From a virus (Duplodnaviria; Caudoviricetes), in the IMG/VR virus record IMGVR_UViG_3300048998_000075, positions 1-44,518 of that record: DNA of 44,518 nt. One strand, 5' to 3'. The translations under genes were made by a program, and so were the position numbers. Under the pieces are notes generated by a model, which saw only the letters and a program-made list of their open reading frames with translations, was not told where the DNA came from and ran no database searches. Below are positions 16,961 through 26,285 of the stretch, in pieces; position 1 is the first letter of the stretch; the number at the start of each line of letters is the position of its first letter.

Positions 16961-18012
16961 CGCTGCTGCTCCTCGACGGGTAGAGCCGGACCAGGCGCGT
17001 CTTCGGCTTTGACCTTCGCGATTGCGTCAAGCGTCAGCAGCATCGGGTTCAGGATCATCAACGAGTCGAGGTACGACTTGCCGCCGCGCGTCTCGAACAC
17101 ACCCGGCTCGTCTGGGGTTTCTCCTACAGGCTCGCCGGGTAGAGCCGGACCCTGCTCCCAGTTGCCCGGCGCGTCCTCGAACAGTGGCTGCGAGGCACAG
17201 CCACCCAGCGGGAACGCCCCGTGCCCGCCGGGCCAGTGGAATGGGCAGTTGGGTTCGGGATCGGCCACGTGTCGCAGAGCCGGAACGGGCTCAGGCGGCG
17301 ACGCCCAGCCGTGCGCGTACTGGTAGCGGCTCTCGTTCTTCGGATCGACGGCCTCCGGGTCTCCTACAGGAGCCGCCACGGCCTCCTCGGTGAGCAACCA
17401 GCCGGTCGGCACGACGCCCGACGCCTGGGCGCGGCGGATGAAACAGATCGGGCACAGGAAGCCGCCCGGGTCGTCGGTAGCGTCCGGGCCGCCCATGACG
17501 CGGTTCCACAGCTTGTTCGGTGCGAACCACACCGGGTTGTCGATGCCGCACTCGTGGCAGGCGTTCTCGTTCGGTGCTACAGGAGCCGCCAACCCAGCAG
17601 CGAGAACGGCGATGATCTCATCCGCTGCGATGTCCCCCCAGTGCCGCTTGCTGCGCCAGCTCTCCGCGATTTCCCGGGCCTTGTCGATGACGGCTGACAG
17701 GGCATCCCGCTCAGCGAGAGCGTTGTCGGCTCGCGCCCTGTGCCACTCCCTGCCCCGCTCGATTGCCTCACCCGTCAGCCGCAGCCGCTCGTTCTCGGCG
17801 CGTGCTGTTGATGCTTCACGTACCGCGACAGCCAAGTCACCCTCAGTGCGGTCCAACTCGGTCGGACCCGCCGCGCTCCCTGCCCGGATCTCGACCCACT
17901 CGTCAACCGTCCGGCAGCACACACAACCCGCCCGGTCCGACGCATCCTCGTAATGCCGCCCGACGTCGCAGCCGTTACACGTCCCCGGCGCAATGTGATC
18001 GTTGACGCTCAC
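16957..18012 (-). CDS. mosaic hypothetical protein (coiled coil plus Cys modules, Ea22-like architecture)
   Basis: GTG at 18012 overlapping the rep stop; internal repeats. Confidence 0.65.
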   Translation of the reverse strand: MSVNDHIAPGTCNGCDVGRHYEDASDRAGCVCCRTVDEWVEIRAGSAAGPTELDRTEGDLAVAVREASTARAENERLRLTGEAIERGREWHRARADNALAERDALSAVIDKAREIAESWRSKRHWGDIAADEIIAVLAAGLAAPVAPNENACHECGIDNPVWFAPNKLWNRVMGGPDATDDPGGFLCPICFIRRAQASGVVPTGWLLTEEAVAAPVGDPEAVDPKNESRYQYAHGWASPPEPVPALRHVADPEPNCPFHWPGGHGAFPLGGCASQPLFEDAPGNWEQGPALPGEPVGETPDEPGVFETRGGKSYLDSLMILNPMLLTLDAIAKVKAEDAPGPALPVEEQQR

Positions 18013-18764
18013 GCAGTTCTCCTCGTCGATCGGTGGTCGCATTTCCGGGTAGGTGTCTTCGTCTTCGGATCCTCGAGCCAGCCGGTGCCGCCGCAGTCGT
18101 CGCATTCCTTCGCGGCTTTCACCGCGTCGGCTTTGGCGCGCGCTTCGCCTTTGTCGCCCCATTCGCGGACACGTTTGCAACCGCCGCAGGGGCCGTCGAA
18201 ATTTCCGTCTGGGTGGGTTTGGCAGGTGGGGGGTTTCGTGGCGTCGACCGCCCGCAACGTTTCTGGACGTTCCCCTCCGAAAGAACCCTCTGCTGTAGTT
18301 GTTGTGTCGTGTCGTTGTTGTGTCTCTGTCGTGTCGTGTATCAAAGACAGGGAATCCGAAACACCCTCCGTCTGGATTCCGTCTGGATTCCGCGCGGAAG
18401 GTGTCTCGGAATCGTGCGCCGTGCGCTTGCGTTCCCGGTCAGCCTTAAGCTTGCGGCCCTTCTCTTTGCTGGTCATATGGAGCTTGGTCCACGACCGGAC
18501 CACGTATCCGCCGTCCGACCTTTCCCACAGTCCGACCGTCACTAGCTTGTCGGCGCGCTTGATTGCGTCGCGCATTCCGGCGCCGACGAAGCGGGTTATC
18601 TGCGCGTCGGTGATGTATCCGTCGCTGTCGGAGGTCGCGCAGAACGCCAGCGCGCGCACGAACAGCAGCTCAGCTGCCTCGCCGGCCGCGATGACGGCAT
18701 CATCGGATGCGTAGGTTGCGACGAGTTTTGCGTATGCGCCGACCCGCCTTGGTGGTGGTGGCAT
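18009..18764 (-). CDS. replication initiator protein
   Basis: DDAVIAAGEAAELLFVRALAFC..SDGYI..LVTVGLWER, ADRERKR; internal iteron-like repeats. Confidence 0.7.
   Translation of the reverse strand: MPPPPRRVGAYAKLVATYASDDAVIAAGEAAELLFVRALAFCATSDSDGYITDAQITRFVGAGMRDAIKRADKLVTVGLWERSDGGYVVRSWTKLHMTSKEKGRKLKADRERKRTAHDSETPSARNPDGIQTEGVSDSLSLIHDTTETQQRHDTTTTAEGSFGGERPETLRAVDATKPPTCQTHPDGNFDGPCGGCKRVREWGDKGEARAKADAVKAAKECDDCGGTGWLEDPKTKTPTRKCDHRSTRRTA
18355..18410. repeat. iteron-like repeats (putative replication origin)
   Basis: TCCGTCTGGAT x2 plus TCCGCGCGGA, flanked by inverted TCCGA(A/G)ACACC. Confidence 0.55.
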
Positions 18765-19165
18765 CAGTTGTCCGCCTCTGGGTTTGCGAGCTCGAGCAGG
18801 ACGTCGGCGTGGCACGGCTGATCCAGCGGACACCAGCAAGCAAGATCCCGGCCAGCCAGCTCGGTGCGGATGGCGTCCGTTTCTGGCACCCATTCCGACT
18901 CGTCGTAGATCGCTTGGTGGAACCAGTCGACCGCCACCCCGGCTGCAACGCTTTTCGTCGGCTCACTGAGACCGAACGCCCCCGCGTCTGGGTCGTACAC
19001 GTGCCAGTGGCGAACGGCCAGCCGATCCGCGCGACAGAGCGGGGTAGAGCACTGCCGAACAGCGAACGGGTTGCCCCACTTCGACGGGCGGGCTACGACG
19101 ATCGCGCCGGGAGGCTTGCGCCAGCCTTTCGTGCGCCGTAGCTGGATGCGCTTAGGTGCGGTCAT
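18764..19165 (-). CDS. DUF4326 family protein
   Basis: RIQLRRTKGWRKP..VARPSKWGNPF..LAGRDLACWC...CHADVL. Confidence 0.9.
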   Translation of the reverse strand: MTAPKRIQLRRTKGWRKPPGAIVVARPSKWGNPFAVRQCSTPLCRADRLAVRHWHVYDPDAGAFGLSEPTKSVAAGVAVDWFHQAIYDESEWVPETDAIRTELAGRDLACWCPLDQPCHADVLLELANPEADN

Positions 19166-19365
19166 TCGCTGGCCTCTCTGCATTCGCATTTGCGGATCGG
19201 ATCGCCATTCGCGTCTTCAACCCAGCCGTAACGTTCACGGCACGCTGTTGAGCAGAACGGGCGGTGGTGGGGTTTACCGCGATGCTGAACCGGCGCGGCA
19301 ACAGGCTCGACGGGCTCGACATGCTCGGGGCGCTGGCCGCCCAGGTCTTCCCACCGCTCACTCAT
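19162..19365 (-). CDS. hypothetical protein
   Basis: Coupled ORF; FCSTAC. Confidence 0.55.
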   Translation of the reverse strand: MSERWEDLGGQRPEHVEPVEPVAAPVQHRGKPHHRPFCSTACRERYGWVEDANGDPIRKCECREASE

Positions 19366-19588
19366 AGCGCCGCTCCCACTCGTCTTGAAGGCGGTCAGCC
19401 TGCTCGCCCCTGTATTCGCGGCTGTCTGCCCACGGCCCGAGCCAGATCACGTCGGCACCGTTGCCGGTCACGTTGTGGCGGCTGTAGGCGATGTGCGGCC
19501 CGTCGTGCCCCTCGGGTAGCGAGCAGTACCGGCCGCCCGCCATGAACGAGTAGATGGCGTCGTTCTCCACCATGCATAGCGCGGTCAT
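19358..19588 (-). CDS. hypothetical protein
   Basis: CSLPEGHDGPH motif; coupled ORF. Confidence 0.6.
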   Translation of the reverse strand: MTALCMVENDAIYSFMAGGRYCSLPEGHDGPHIAYSRHNVTGNGADVIWLGPWADSREYRGEQADRLQDEWERRYE

Positions 19589-20253
19589 GCGGCAGCCTCA
19601 GCGAGATGGGCAAGCAACTGCTCACCGATGAACTCCGTGTACGCAGGCGGGATCGACTCGGCGAGCTCGCCGCGGTTCGTCCAGTCGATACCCATCGCCT
19701 GCCGTGCGACCGCGATAGGCGAGCAGTTGCCGGCGACTGAGATCACCGTTCCCGGCTCCCAGTGGCCCGCCTTGCTCGCGGGGATCAGGTGTCGGGGATG
19801 CGGCGGGGTGGGGATCGGAAAGCTGGTCTCGAACAGCCGGTGACGGTAGAGAGCGAGACCGAACATGGCGCCGCAGAGCTCTACGCCGTAGGCGCCCATT
19901 AGGTCGTCCTGGGTTGGGAGGCCCGAGCCGTCCACGTTCTCGATCACCCACGGCCCGCCGATCTGGGCGAGCTCGTCCCTCATCACGTCGATTAGCTGCG
20001 GATACTCCTCAGACAGCCCCGGGCGGCAGTTGCTCATTCCGCTGTAGCTCTGGCACGGCGGGCTCGCGTGAATAGCGTCGAACTCGTGGCCGTGCGCGCG
20101 GACGAACTGGACGGCATCGCCCTGGGTGAACTCGTCGCCGCAGTAGTTCGGCTGAGGGTTGAGGTCAACCCCCGTCACGTGGAACCCGGCGCGCTGGTAG
20201 CCGCGGGTGGCACCGCCGGCGCAGCAGAACAGATCCAACAGCCGCGGGGTCAT
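19585..20253 (-). CDS. short orphan C5-cytosine DNA methyltransferase
   Basis: Motif I LDLFCCAGG, motif IV SPPCQ, motif VI IENV. Confidence 0.9.
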   Translation of the reverse strand: MTPRLLDLFCCAGGATRGYQRAGFHVTGVDLNPQPNYCGDEFTQGDAVQFVRAHGHEFDAIHASPPCQSYSGMSNCRPGLSEEYPQLIDVMRDELAQIGGPWVIENVDGSGLPTQDDLMGAYGVELCGAMFGLALYRHRLFETSFPIPTPPHPRHLIPASKAGHWEPGTVISVAGNCSPIAVARQAMGIDWTNRGELAESIPPAYTEFIGEQLLAHLAEAAA

Positions 20254-20609
20254 GCGGCACGTTCCGTGTTACGGCGCCGCTCAGCGTTGCTACACGCGTC
20301 GCCTGCGTGGATCGCTTCGATGTAGTCACGGACGGTTTTCACCGTCGCGTAGTCCACGTCCAACTCGCGCATGATGCGGGTGACGGTCCAGCCGTAGGCG
20401 AGGCGCTGTTCCACGGTTTCGCGGATCTTCGCGAAGCGACGCGCACGGGCTTTCCGGGCGAGGGATTGCGCGTTGAGTTTGGCCCGGTTCGCGTCTGACC
20501 ATACGCGGTTGTATTCGCGTTGCGCGGCGGAGCAGTCCGGGCATCGGCAGCCGCACTTGTATGCCTGCCGCCCGGTTGGCCGGGTTGGGTCGTGCTCGCC
20601 GGTCGTCAT
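20250..20609 (-). CDS. hypothetical DNA-binding protein (GCRC..C plus HTH-like)
   Basis: YKCGCRCPDC; GWTVTRIMRELDVDYATV. Confidence 0.65.
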   Translation of the reverse strand: MTTGEHDPTRPTGRQAYKCGCRCPDCSAAQREYNRVWSDANRAKLNAQSLARKARARRFAKIRETVEQRLAYGWTVTRIMRELDVDYATVKTVRDYIEAIHAGDACSNAERRRNTERAA

Positions 20610-21007
20610 GCCGCTCTCCTTGCGCGGCGTTCCGCGACGTCGAGGCGCTTCACCAGAGAGCAGGGGCCGCACGCCTTTTCCCCGTTGCGTTGGTGGCGGC
20701 GGTAGGCGGCGAGGGTGCCGCACGGCTTCAACTCGGGAGCGACACGCTCGGCGGGTTTGGCGTCTGAGAGGTTGGTGCGGGCGTACAGGATCCCGCCGCG
20801 CACCCCCACGTCGCCGTGTATGCGTGCGTCGTCGAGGCATTCAGCGGCGACGGGACAGCGGGCGCAGAACGTGACCGCTTCCAGCAGCCGGGTCCGTAGC
20901 GCCTCGCCCTGCTCGCCCTGCTCGGGCGCGTCGAACAGGTTCGGATCGGCATCGATACAGCGGGCTTCGCTGCGCCAGTCGCGGCGGATGTGCTTCGCCG
21001 CGCTCAC
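20606..21007 (-). CDS. WhiB family transcription factor
   Basis: WRSEARC..DPNLF..CARCPV..EC..GVRGG. Confidence 0.88.
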   Translation of the reverse strand: MSAAKHIRRDWRSEARCIDADPNLFDAPEQGEQGEALRTRLLEAVTFCARCPVAAECLDDARIHGDVGVRGGILYARTNLSDAKPAERVAPELKPCGTLAAYRRHQRNGEKACGPCSLVKRLDVAERRARRAA

Positions 21008-21303
21008 GCTGGCTCACCCGACGCTGCGTACGACCATGTGTAGCCGTCGCCAGTCCACTCGGGCACGATCGGTCCGTCATGCGGCGTGGTGTCCGGCCCG
21101 TTGTAGTAGGTCTGCGCCGGGTCGTCGTCGAACCACGGGACGAGACCACACGACACGCTCGACTTCTTGTCGTGGTCGCACGCTTGTTCGCAGCCCTCCC
21201 GGCAGTAGATGTGGCATTCGGCGTCAGCGTCTCCGGTACAGACGAACCTCGCCCATAGGGAGTCGGGCTGCATGGTCCATTCGATCCGGTGCAACTCGGT
21301 CAT
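21004..21303 (-). CDS. hypothetical protein
   Basis: 4-bp overlaps. Confidence 0.6.
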   Translation of the reverse strand: MTELHRIEWTMQPDSLWARFVCTGDADAECHIYCREGCEQACDHDKKSSVSCGLVPWFDDDPAQTYYNGPDTTPHDGPIVPEWTGDGYTWSYAASGEPA

Positions 21304-21641
21304 CGGGTTCCTCCGTATTGGCTCAGTGACCAGCCCTCAGACTCAGCAAGAGGGACGTACTTGTCGTGGGTGTGTGTGCGGGTGCCCCAGGCGTCCCAGC
21401 GGTCCTCGCAGCGGACCAGCGGTGCGGCGTCACCCTTACGGCCCCACTCGGTGTAGATGGTCCGGTCGGTGTAGGTCCGGTCGGACCAGTCGCCATGCGC
21501 ACGGCCAACCTCCGTGAGCGAGGCGAACACCGAAGCCGTGTTCGATGCGAACAGTTCGCCGTAGATGCGCACGTACTCGGCCTCGTCGCAGGCTTCCCAT
21601 CGCCCGAGCGGCTCGTCATTCTCGTCGTACCAGTCGCTCAT
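21300..21641 (-). CDS. hypothetical protein
   Basis: 4-bp overlaps. Confidence 0.6.
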   Translation of the reverse strand: MSDWYDENDEPLGRWEACDEAEYVRIYGELFASNTASVFASLTEVGRAHGDWSDRTYTDRTIYTEWGRKGDAAPLVRCEDRWDAWGTRTHTHDKYVPLAESEGWSLSQYGGTR

Positions 21642-21982
21642 GCTGCGTCCCATTTCCGGCTGATCTTCCAGCCCTGTTCGGCCGCTTCACGCGGATGGTC
21701 TTCGGCCCAGCCGTTACACGGGGGGCATAGGAGGCAGTCGGGGTTGGTCGGGTCGCCGCCCTGTGATCTGGCTAGGCGTTCGTGGCCGTTGACGTAGCCG
21801 TACAGGCCGCACTTCGCGCACACGCCCTGCGTCCCTTCACGCCCGAGCACACGTTCAGCAGCAGCCCGCACCCGTCGCTGCGCCTGCCGCCGTTTCGACT
21901 GTGGTCGTATCGGCTGGGTGGGTTGGGGCATCGGGGTACGCCGCAACAACGAGGAGCCCCGCTTCATCGGCGAGCGCTTCAT
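21638..21982 (-). CDS. HNH-like nuclease (NinG/Ref-like)
   Basis: MKRSPMKR basic N-terminus; CAKC..HE..RSQGG..LLCPPCN. Confidence 0.7.
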   Translation of the reverse strand: MKRSPMKRGSSLLRRTPMPQPTQPIRPQSKRRQAQRRVRAAAERVLGREGTQGVCAKCGLYGYVNGHERLARSQGGDPTNPDCLLCPPCNGWAEDHPREAAEQGWKISRKWDAA

Positions 21983-22170
21983 GTGCCGACGCATTCGGGG
22001 CAGACAGCCTGGTTGCCGCACAACTCGCAGTCAGGCTCAACCGGCTCGCCGTACTCGTCCTCAATCTCGGCTGCCAGTTCCGCTGCTGCTTCTTCCGCCG
22101 CGGTGGGTTCACGGGGCAGCATCGGGTCATACGCGGCCTGCGCCCGATCGAAACCCGCGAACCCGCTCAT
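21979..22170 (-). CDS. hypothetical protein
   Basis: Coupled ORF; CxxC pairs. Confidence 0.6.
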   Translation of the reverse strand: MSGFAGFDRAQAAYDPMLPREPTAAEEAAAELAAEIEDEYGEPVEPDCELCGNQAVCPECVGT

Positions 22171-22376
22171 GCTGTTACCTGCTTGCCGCGTACGTGGTCC
22201 CGGTACGCCTGCTGAGCTGCGGCCTGAACCTCGATATGCCCCAGCAGATCCGGCACATCCCCGGCGAGACGGCCAGCGATCCGCCCGTACCGCTCACCCG
22301 AGACGTTGCACGGGTTCATGCGGAGGAACTCGAGCCGGGCAAGGTCCGCCTCTATCTCGGCGAGGCTCCTCATCAC
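22167..22376 (-). CDS. hypothetical protein
   Basis: Coupled ORF. Confidence 0.6.
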   Translation of the reverse strand: MMRSLAEIEADLARLEFLRMNPCNVSGERYGRIAGRLAGDVPDLLGHIEVQAAAQQAYRDHVRGKQVTA

Positions 22377-23128
22377 TCGCCACCGGGCACGGCAGGCTCA
22401 GGCCACAGCGACCCGTCAACGTCAGGCTCAGCGGCAGGCGCCGCTTCCTCTACTGCGGGTGCCTCGATCGCGGCAGGCGGCTCAACGACAGGCTCAGGGC
22501 CGTCGAACGGCGCCACGGTTGCGCGCCGCGCCGTACGCCGCGTCTGCTTCGCCTCAGTCGCCGCGGTCGGTTCACCGTTGCCGTCTTCCAACTCCTCAAC
22601 GGCGTACGGCACGCCGAGGATCACGTCAGCGGCAACCAGCCGGCACAACTCCGCAGTAGCGCGCGCCACGAGCATGGCTTGCGGCTGCTTCCGCCAGTTG
22701 TCCTTACCCGACAAGCCGAGCGCCTTCGCCCGGTCCATCGTCCACACCGACCGCTGTTCCCGGTCCTCGCCGCGTCGGCAACCGGACACGATGGCGCGGG
22801 TGTCGGTAGCTTCCTCGAGGGTGACCCGGTGCCCCGCAGATTGGACGAGGGCGCGCAACGCCACGGCCCGCATCGCGGGGGTTCCTTGGATGACGTCGAT
22901 GGAGCGGAGCGCGGCCATCGGCTCGAGGCCGACTTCCTGCCCGGTGAGGATGGCGGCGGTGATGTTCGCGGCGGTGATCTCCGGTGTCTGCCCGCGTAGC
23001 GACTGCGGCACGAATGGGGTCTTGGCGAGGCTGACAGCGACGGACGCGGCCCGGCGAGCGGAGTCCGCCCACACGGCCAGCGAAGACCCCCCGGTTGGTT
23101 CAGCTTCGACCACGGCGAGTTCCGTCAT
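22373..23128 (-). CDS. RecT-like ssDNA annealing protein
   Basis: AILTGQEVGLEPMAALRSIDVIQGTP..WTMDRAKALGL..NWRKQPQAMLVARA. Confidence 0.85.
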   Translation of the reverse strand: MTELAVVEAEPTGGSSLAVWADSARRAASVAVSLAKTPFVPQSLRGQTPEITAANITAAILTGQEVGLEPMAALRSIDVIQGTPAMRAVALRALVQSAGHRVTLEEATDTRAIVSGCRRGEDREQRSVWTMDRAKALGLSGKDNWRKQPQAMLVARATAELCRLVAADVILGVPYAVEELEDGNGEPTAATEAKQTRRTARRATVAPFDGPEPVVEPPAAIEAPAVEEAAPAAEPDVDGSLWPEPAVPGGE

Positions 23129-23520
23129 GAGATGTACGCCTCTCGTGCGATCTGGCAGGCGACACAGGAGCAAAGGGCTTGGTCGTCCCGCTCGTAGCGC
23201 CAGACCTGGACGCCGTTCTCCCAGCGGTCAAACACCTGTCGATAGGTCCAGTCCGCGTCTATGCGGTGGCCTTCGGCGTGGCGCAGGACAATGGCCTTGA
23301 GTGCCTGGTACTCGTGGCGCCATTCGGCTAGGTTTTCCGCCATCTCGGCCTCGCGGCAATCGCAGGCTGGGTGGTGATAGGTGCAGGCCAGAAAGCGCGG
23401 GTCCATTGTGTTCTTCGGCGGCAGGTACACGGTCTTCGGCAGATTGCCCGGCTCTCGAATTGCGCGGGGACCGCCGTGAAACGTGATTGTCGGCAGTGGG
23501 CCTACGAGGTCGGTACTCAT
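23125..23520 (-). CDS. hypothetical protein
   Basis: 4-bp overlaps; sits between the recombination genes. Confidence 0.6.
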   Translation of the reverse strand: MSTDLVGPLPTITFHGGPRAIREPGNLPKTVYLPPKNTMDPRFLACTYHHPACDCREAEMAENLAEWRHEYQALKAIVLRHAEGHRIDADWTYRQVFDRWENGVQVWRYERDDQALCSCVACQIAREAYIS

Positions 23521-24284
23521 GCGACGGCCCCCATCGTGAGTGCTTCGCTGACGAGCCGCTCTTTCATGCCCTTGGCTTGGCGGGCGACCCACGCGACGTG
23601 CTGGAAGATGCGGAACCCTTCGGCAAGGTCAACCTCGTACACGTCGTACCCGTCTGCGCGTATCCACACGGCCATACCGGCGTCGATGCCCAGATCGGTG
23701 ATCGGGTGCTCCACGCCGTCCGCGTCGAGGTACACGTCGGCGTTCGCGTAGGCGCCGAGCTGCAACGCCGTCTCACCCCAGATACCGGAGCGGCTCGTCT
23801 TGTAGTCGGCGAGCACCGTCCGCCCATCGGGGAGTTTCATCAGGAGATCGAACGTCCCGGCGTAACCCCACTTGCGGGACGCGACGACGGCTTCCGTCAT
23901 TACCACTTCGGGGCGCCAGTCGTCGAGGAACTTCACCGCAGATTCGACGTGCCCGGCCAACTCGTCGGGTACGTCGATCTCCTCGCCGTGGGACAGTTTC
24001 TCGGCGAGCTTGTGAACCTCCGTGCCGCGCTTCGACGCGGTGTCGAGGTCCAGGTAGCGGGCGCGCTTCAACGTGTCCAGCCGCTTAGACAGCGGCACGT
24101 CGGCCAGCTCGTCCCAGTGGTCTACGGCGTAGGCGGCGGTGGTGTTCGCGGCCCATCCGACGAGTGCGGGTTTCGGCATCCCGTCGCCGATGAGGGTGGT
24201 TACGCCGTCCGCTTTGCGTCCGTCGATTTGGTAGGAGTGGCCGCGTCCACGGTCGATGCGGCGCACCCCGGTTGGCTCTGTCAT
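23517..24284 (-). CDS. RecE/Cas4-like PD-(D/E)XK exonuclease
   Basis: GVTT, RGTEVH, YAGTFD...ADYKTS...LQLGAY. Confidence 0.88.
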   Translation of the reverse strand: MTEPTGVRRIDRGRGHSYQIDGRKADGVTTLIGDGMPKPALVGWAANTTAAYAVDHWDELADVPLSKRLDTLKRARYLDLDTASKRGTEVHKLAEKLSHGEEIDVPDELAGHVESAVKFLDDWRPEVVMTEAVVASRKWGYAGTFDLLMKLPDGRTVLADYKTSRSGIWGETALQLGAYANADVYLDADGVEHPITDLGIDAGMAVWIRADGYDVYEVDLAEGFRIFQHVAWVARQAKGMKERLVSEALTMGAVA

Positions 24285-24526
24285 GTTTGTAGCTCCTTGC
24301 GCCATAGGAGGAAGTCGAGACGGTCTGTAGGGGTGAGGTCGAACAGCGGCACATCCGGGGTTTCGTTGCCGAGCTGGCACGCCTGGTCGCAGTGCTGGTC
24401 CCAGTCGTCGGTGGGGATGTCGGCCATCGCGGCGTCGATCCGTGGTGCGCGCAGCAGGAACGCGGCGAGGGTGATGAGGGCGAGTAGGGCGAGGTCCAGT
24501 ACGGCGTAAACGACGCGGCCGATCAC
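24281..24526 (-). CDS. membrane-anchored hypothetical protein
   Basis: N-terminal hydrophobic helix. Confidence 0.6.
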   Translation of the reverse strand: MIGRVVYAVLDLALLALITLAAFLLRAPRIDAAMADIPTDDWDQHCDQACQLGNETPDVPLFDLTPTDRLDFLLWRKELQT

Positions 24527-25224
24527 GACGAACCGCCTGAGAGCGCGGGGCCGATCAGGTCGGCGTCATCGGACGAGTTGTAAAGCCTGCCGCCGACCGC
24601 GACCATCGACCCGAACGAATGGCCCTGACCCACCAGTGCCTCAGCGGCAGCGCGGCGCATCGGAACCTGCTCGTAGTCCTGGCCGACAGTGGCGAGGTGT
24701 TCGATCAGTTCCTCGGCAGTGGCGAAAACGGGCGTAGTCGGTGTGCCCTCGCTGACCGTCTCGTACAGGCACCAGCCCAACTCGGCCTCTGGCACGCCGA
24801 AGACGGGCATGTAGTCGGCGGGGTCCGGCTTCTCCGCTTCGACCTTGGCAACCTCAAGCTCGTACAGGTGGTCCTCGTCGCGCACCACCGTCTCGATCTC
24901 GGTCTCGCCGTCCGGGCCGTAGGTGTAGTACGGGTGGGACGTCGGCTCGTCGTCGTTGCGGCCCTTGTAGCCCGTCAGGTGATACTCGACGGCGAACGTC
25001 CAGCCGTGACCCTCGCGGGCCTTCATCTCGCGAAGCTCGGTCTCCCACCCCTCATAGGCGGCGGGGTAGTCGCCGCACAGTCCAACGAACCGCTCGCGCG
25101 GATCATGCAACCGTGACGGTGGCCGAACTTTGCCGAGGAACGGCCGCGACTGCGAGAGCCAGTACGGGTTGTATTCGGTGGGGTGCTTCCACTCCAGCGG
25201 CACTCGCCGCACTTCGCGGCTCAT
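24523..25224 (-). CDS. hypothetical phage protein
   Basis: MSREVRRVP..WKHP and LYETVSEGTP..PVF motifs. Confidence 0.75.
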   Translation of the reverse strand: MSREVRRVPLEWKHPTEYNPYWLSQSRPFLGKVRPPSRLHDPRERFVGLCGDYPAAYEGWETELREMKAREGHGWTFAVEYHLTGYKGRNDDEPTSHPYYTYGPDGETEIETVVRDEDHLYELEVAKVEAEKPDPADYMPVFGVPEAELGWCLYETVSEGTPTTPVFATAEELIEHLATVGQDYEQVPMRRAAAEALVGQGHSFGSMVAVGGRLYNSSDDADLIGPALSGGSS

Positions 25225-25520
25225 GCGCCTACCGCCAGTTTCGGGTGGGCAGCGTCAATCAGCCGGGCAACGGCGGGCAGTGCGCGAGCTGCGATCACGT
25301 CGTCGCAGCCGGGGCAGCACTTGCCCCAATCACCGAGCTCGTCCGCCACATCGGCGAGGCCGCGTACCACAACGTCGCGGTCGAGCCCGGCGAGTTCGGC
25401 GATGTCTCCGGCGAGCCCGTCGAACGCGTCACCGAACGGATCCGTGCGGTGCCATGCCACGCACAGCAGGGCGCGGTTTAGGGGTGTGTCGTGGTTCAGG
25501 AACCCCGGCAGCCCCGTCAC
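25221..25520 (-). CDS. hypothetical protein
   Basis: 4-bp overlaps. Confidence 0.6.
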   Translation of the reverse strand: MTGLPGFLNHDTPLNRALLCVAWHRTDPFGDAFDGLAGDIAELAGLDRDVVVRGLADVADELGDWGKCCPGCDDVIAARALPAVARLIDAAHPKLAVGA

Positions 25521-25927
25521 GAGGACACCTCGCCTGGGAACCACGCGGCGGCGTGATCGGCGAAGATCATGACGCGCTCGCCGCTGAGGTCGGCGAAGCC
25601 CTCGATCATCCCGTACGACTTGCGGCGTAGGACGAGGCACCGCTGCCCCTTGATGTCCTCCCACTGGGGCAGGCCGAACGTCGCGGCGATGGTCATGATG
25701 TGGTCCATGCCGAACGCGGTCCCGACTCGGCGATCTGTTGCCTTGTCGTACGTGTCGAGCCCGCGTGCGGCGTTCGACTGGTGCCACCCGCCGTTGAGGC
25801 TGGCGAAGTCGATCACGGCGGTACAGATGCCGTGGTCCTCCATGCCCAGCCGCGTGCGCTCCACAACGGAGATCTCCGCGTCATAGACGATGCCGTTGTG
25901 TTTGAGGGTCATCGCCACGGCGCTCAT
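25517..25927 (-). CDS. hypothetical phage protein
   Basis: LGMEDHGI...WEDIKG motif; 4-bp overlaps. Confidence 0.75.
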   Translation of the reverse strand: MSAVAMTLKHNGIVYDAEISVVERTRLGMEDHGICTAVIDFASLNGGWHQSNAARGLDTYDKATDRRVGTAFGMDHIMTIAATFGLPQWEDIKGQRCLVLRRKSYGMIEGFADLSGERVMIFADHAAAWFPGEVSS

Positions 25928-26088
25928 CGGGTTCCTGCCTGTAGTTGGGTGAGGTGCGCCTCAAGCCGGTCGGTGCGGGCTCCCCGCGCACGGGATATCT
26001 CCAACTCCCGGCCGAGCTCGGCGATGACGTTGGCGTCACGTCGGGCGAAGTAGGCTGCGTCCACCTCGGCAAGCTGGTCGATGCTCAC
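25924..26088 (-). CDS. hypothetical protein
   Basis: 4-bp overlaps. Confidence 0.55.
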   Translation of the reverse strand: MSIDQLAEVDAAYFARRDANVIAELGRELEISRARGARTDRLEAHLTQLQAGTR

Positions 26089-26285
26089 CGGGACACCGAC
26101 CCAGCAAGTTCGATGCTGCCGCTCACGTTGAACGCGTGGGATTCGGCCGTCTGCCGCGAGTACGGCGCCATGCGGGTGTGCAGCCACTCGCCGCAGGTGC
26201 AGCGCCAGCCGCGCTTGTTGAAGCGGATCAGGTGCTTCCGGGTGAGGTCGCGTACCACCTCGTCGTGGATCGGCGTGCCGCTCAT
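26085..26285 (-). CDS. hypothetical protein
   Basis: CTCG...H; coupled ORF. Confidence 0.6.
   Translation of the reverse strand: MSGTPIHDEVVRDLTRKHLIRFNKRGWRCTCGEWLHTRMAPYSRQTAESHAFNVSGSIELAGSVSR

Noticed and set aside
13637-17146. Repeats as DGR template/variable regions or a CRISPR mini-array
   Set aside because: No reverse transcriptase, only one mismatch, and irregular spacing
23517-24284. Cas4-like gene as a sign of a CRISPR system
   Set aside because: No array or other cas genes; it pairs with RecT as a recombination exonuclease
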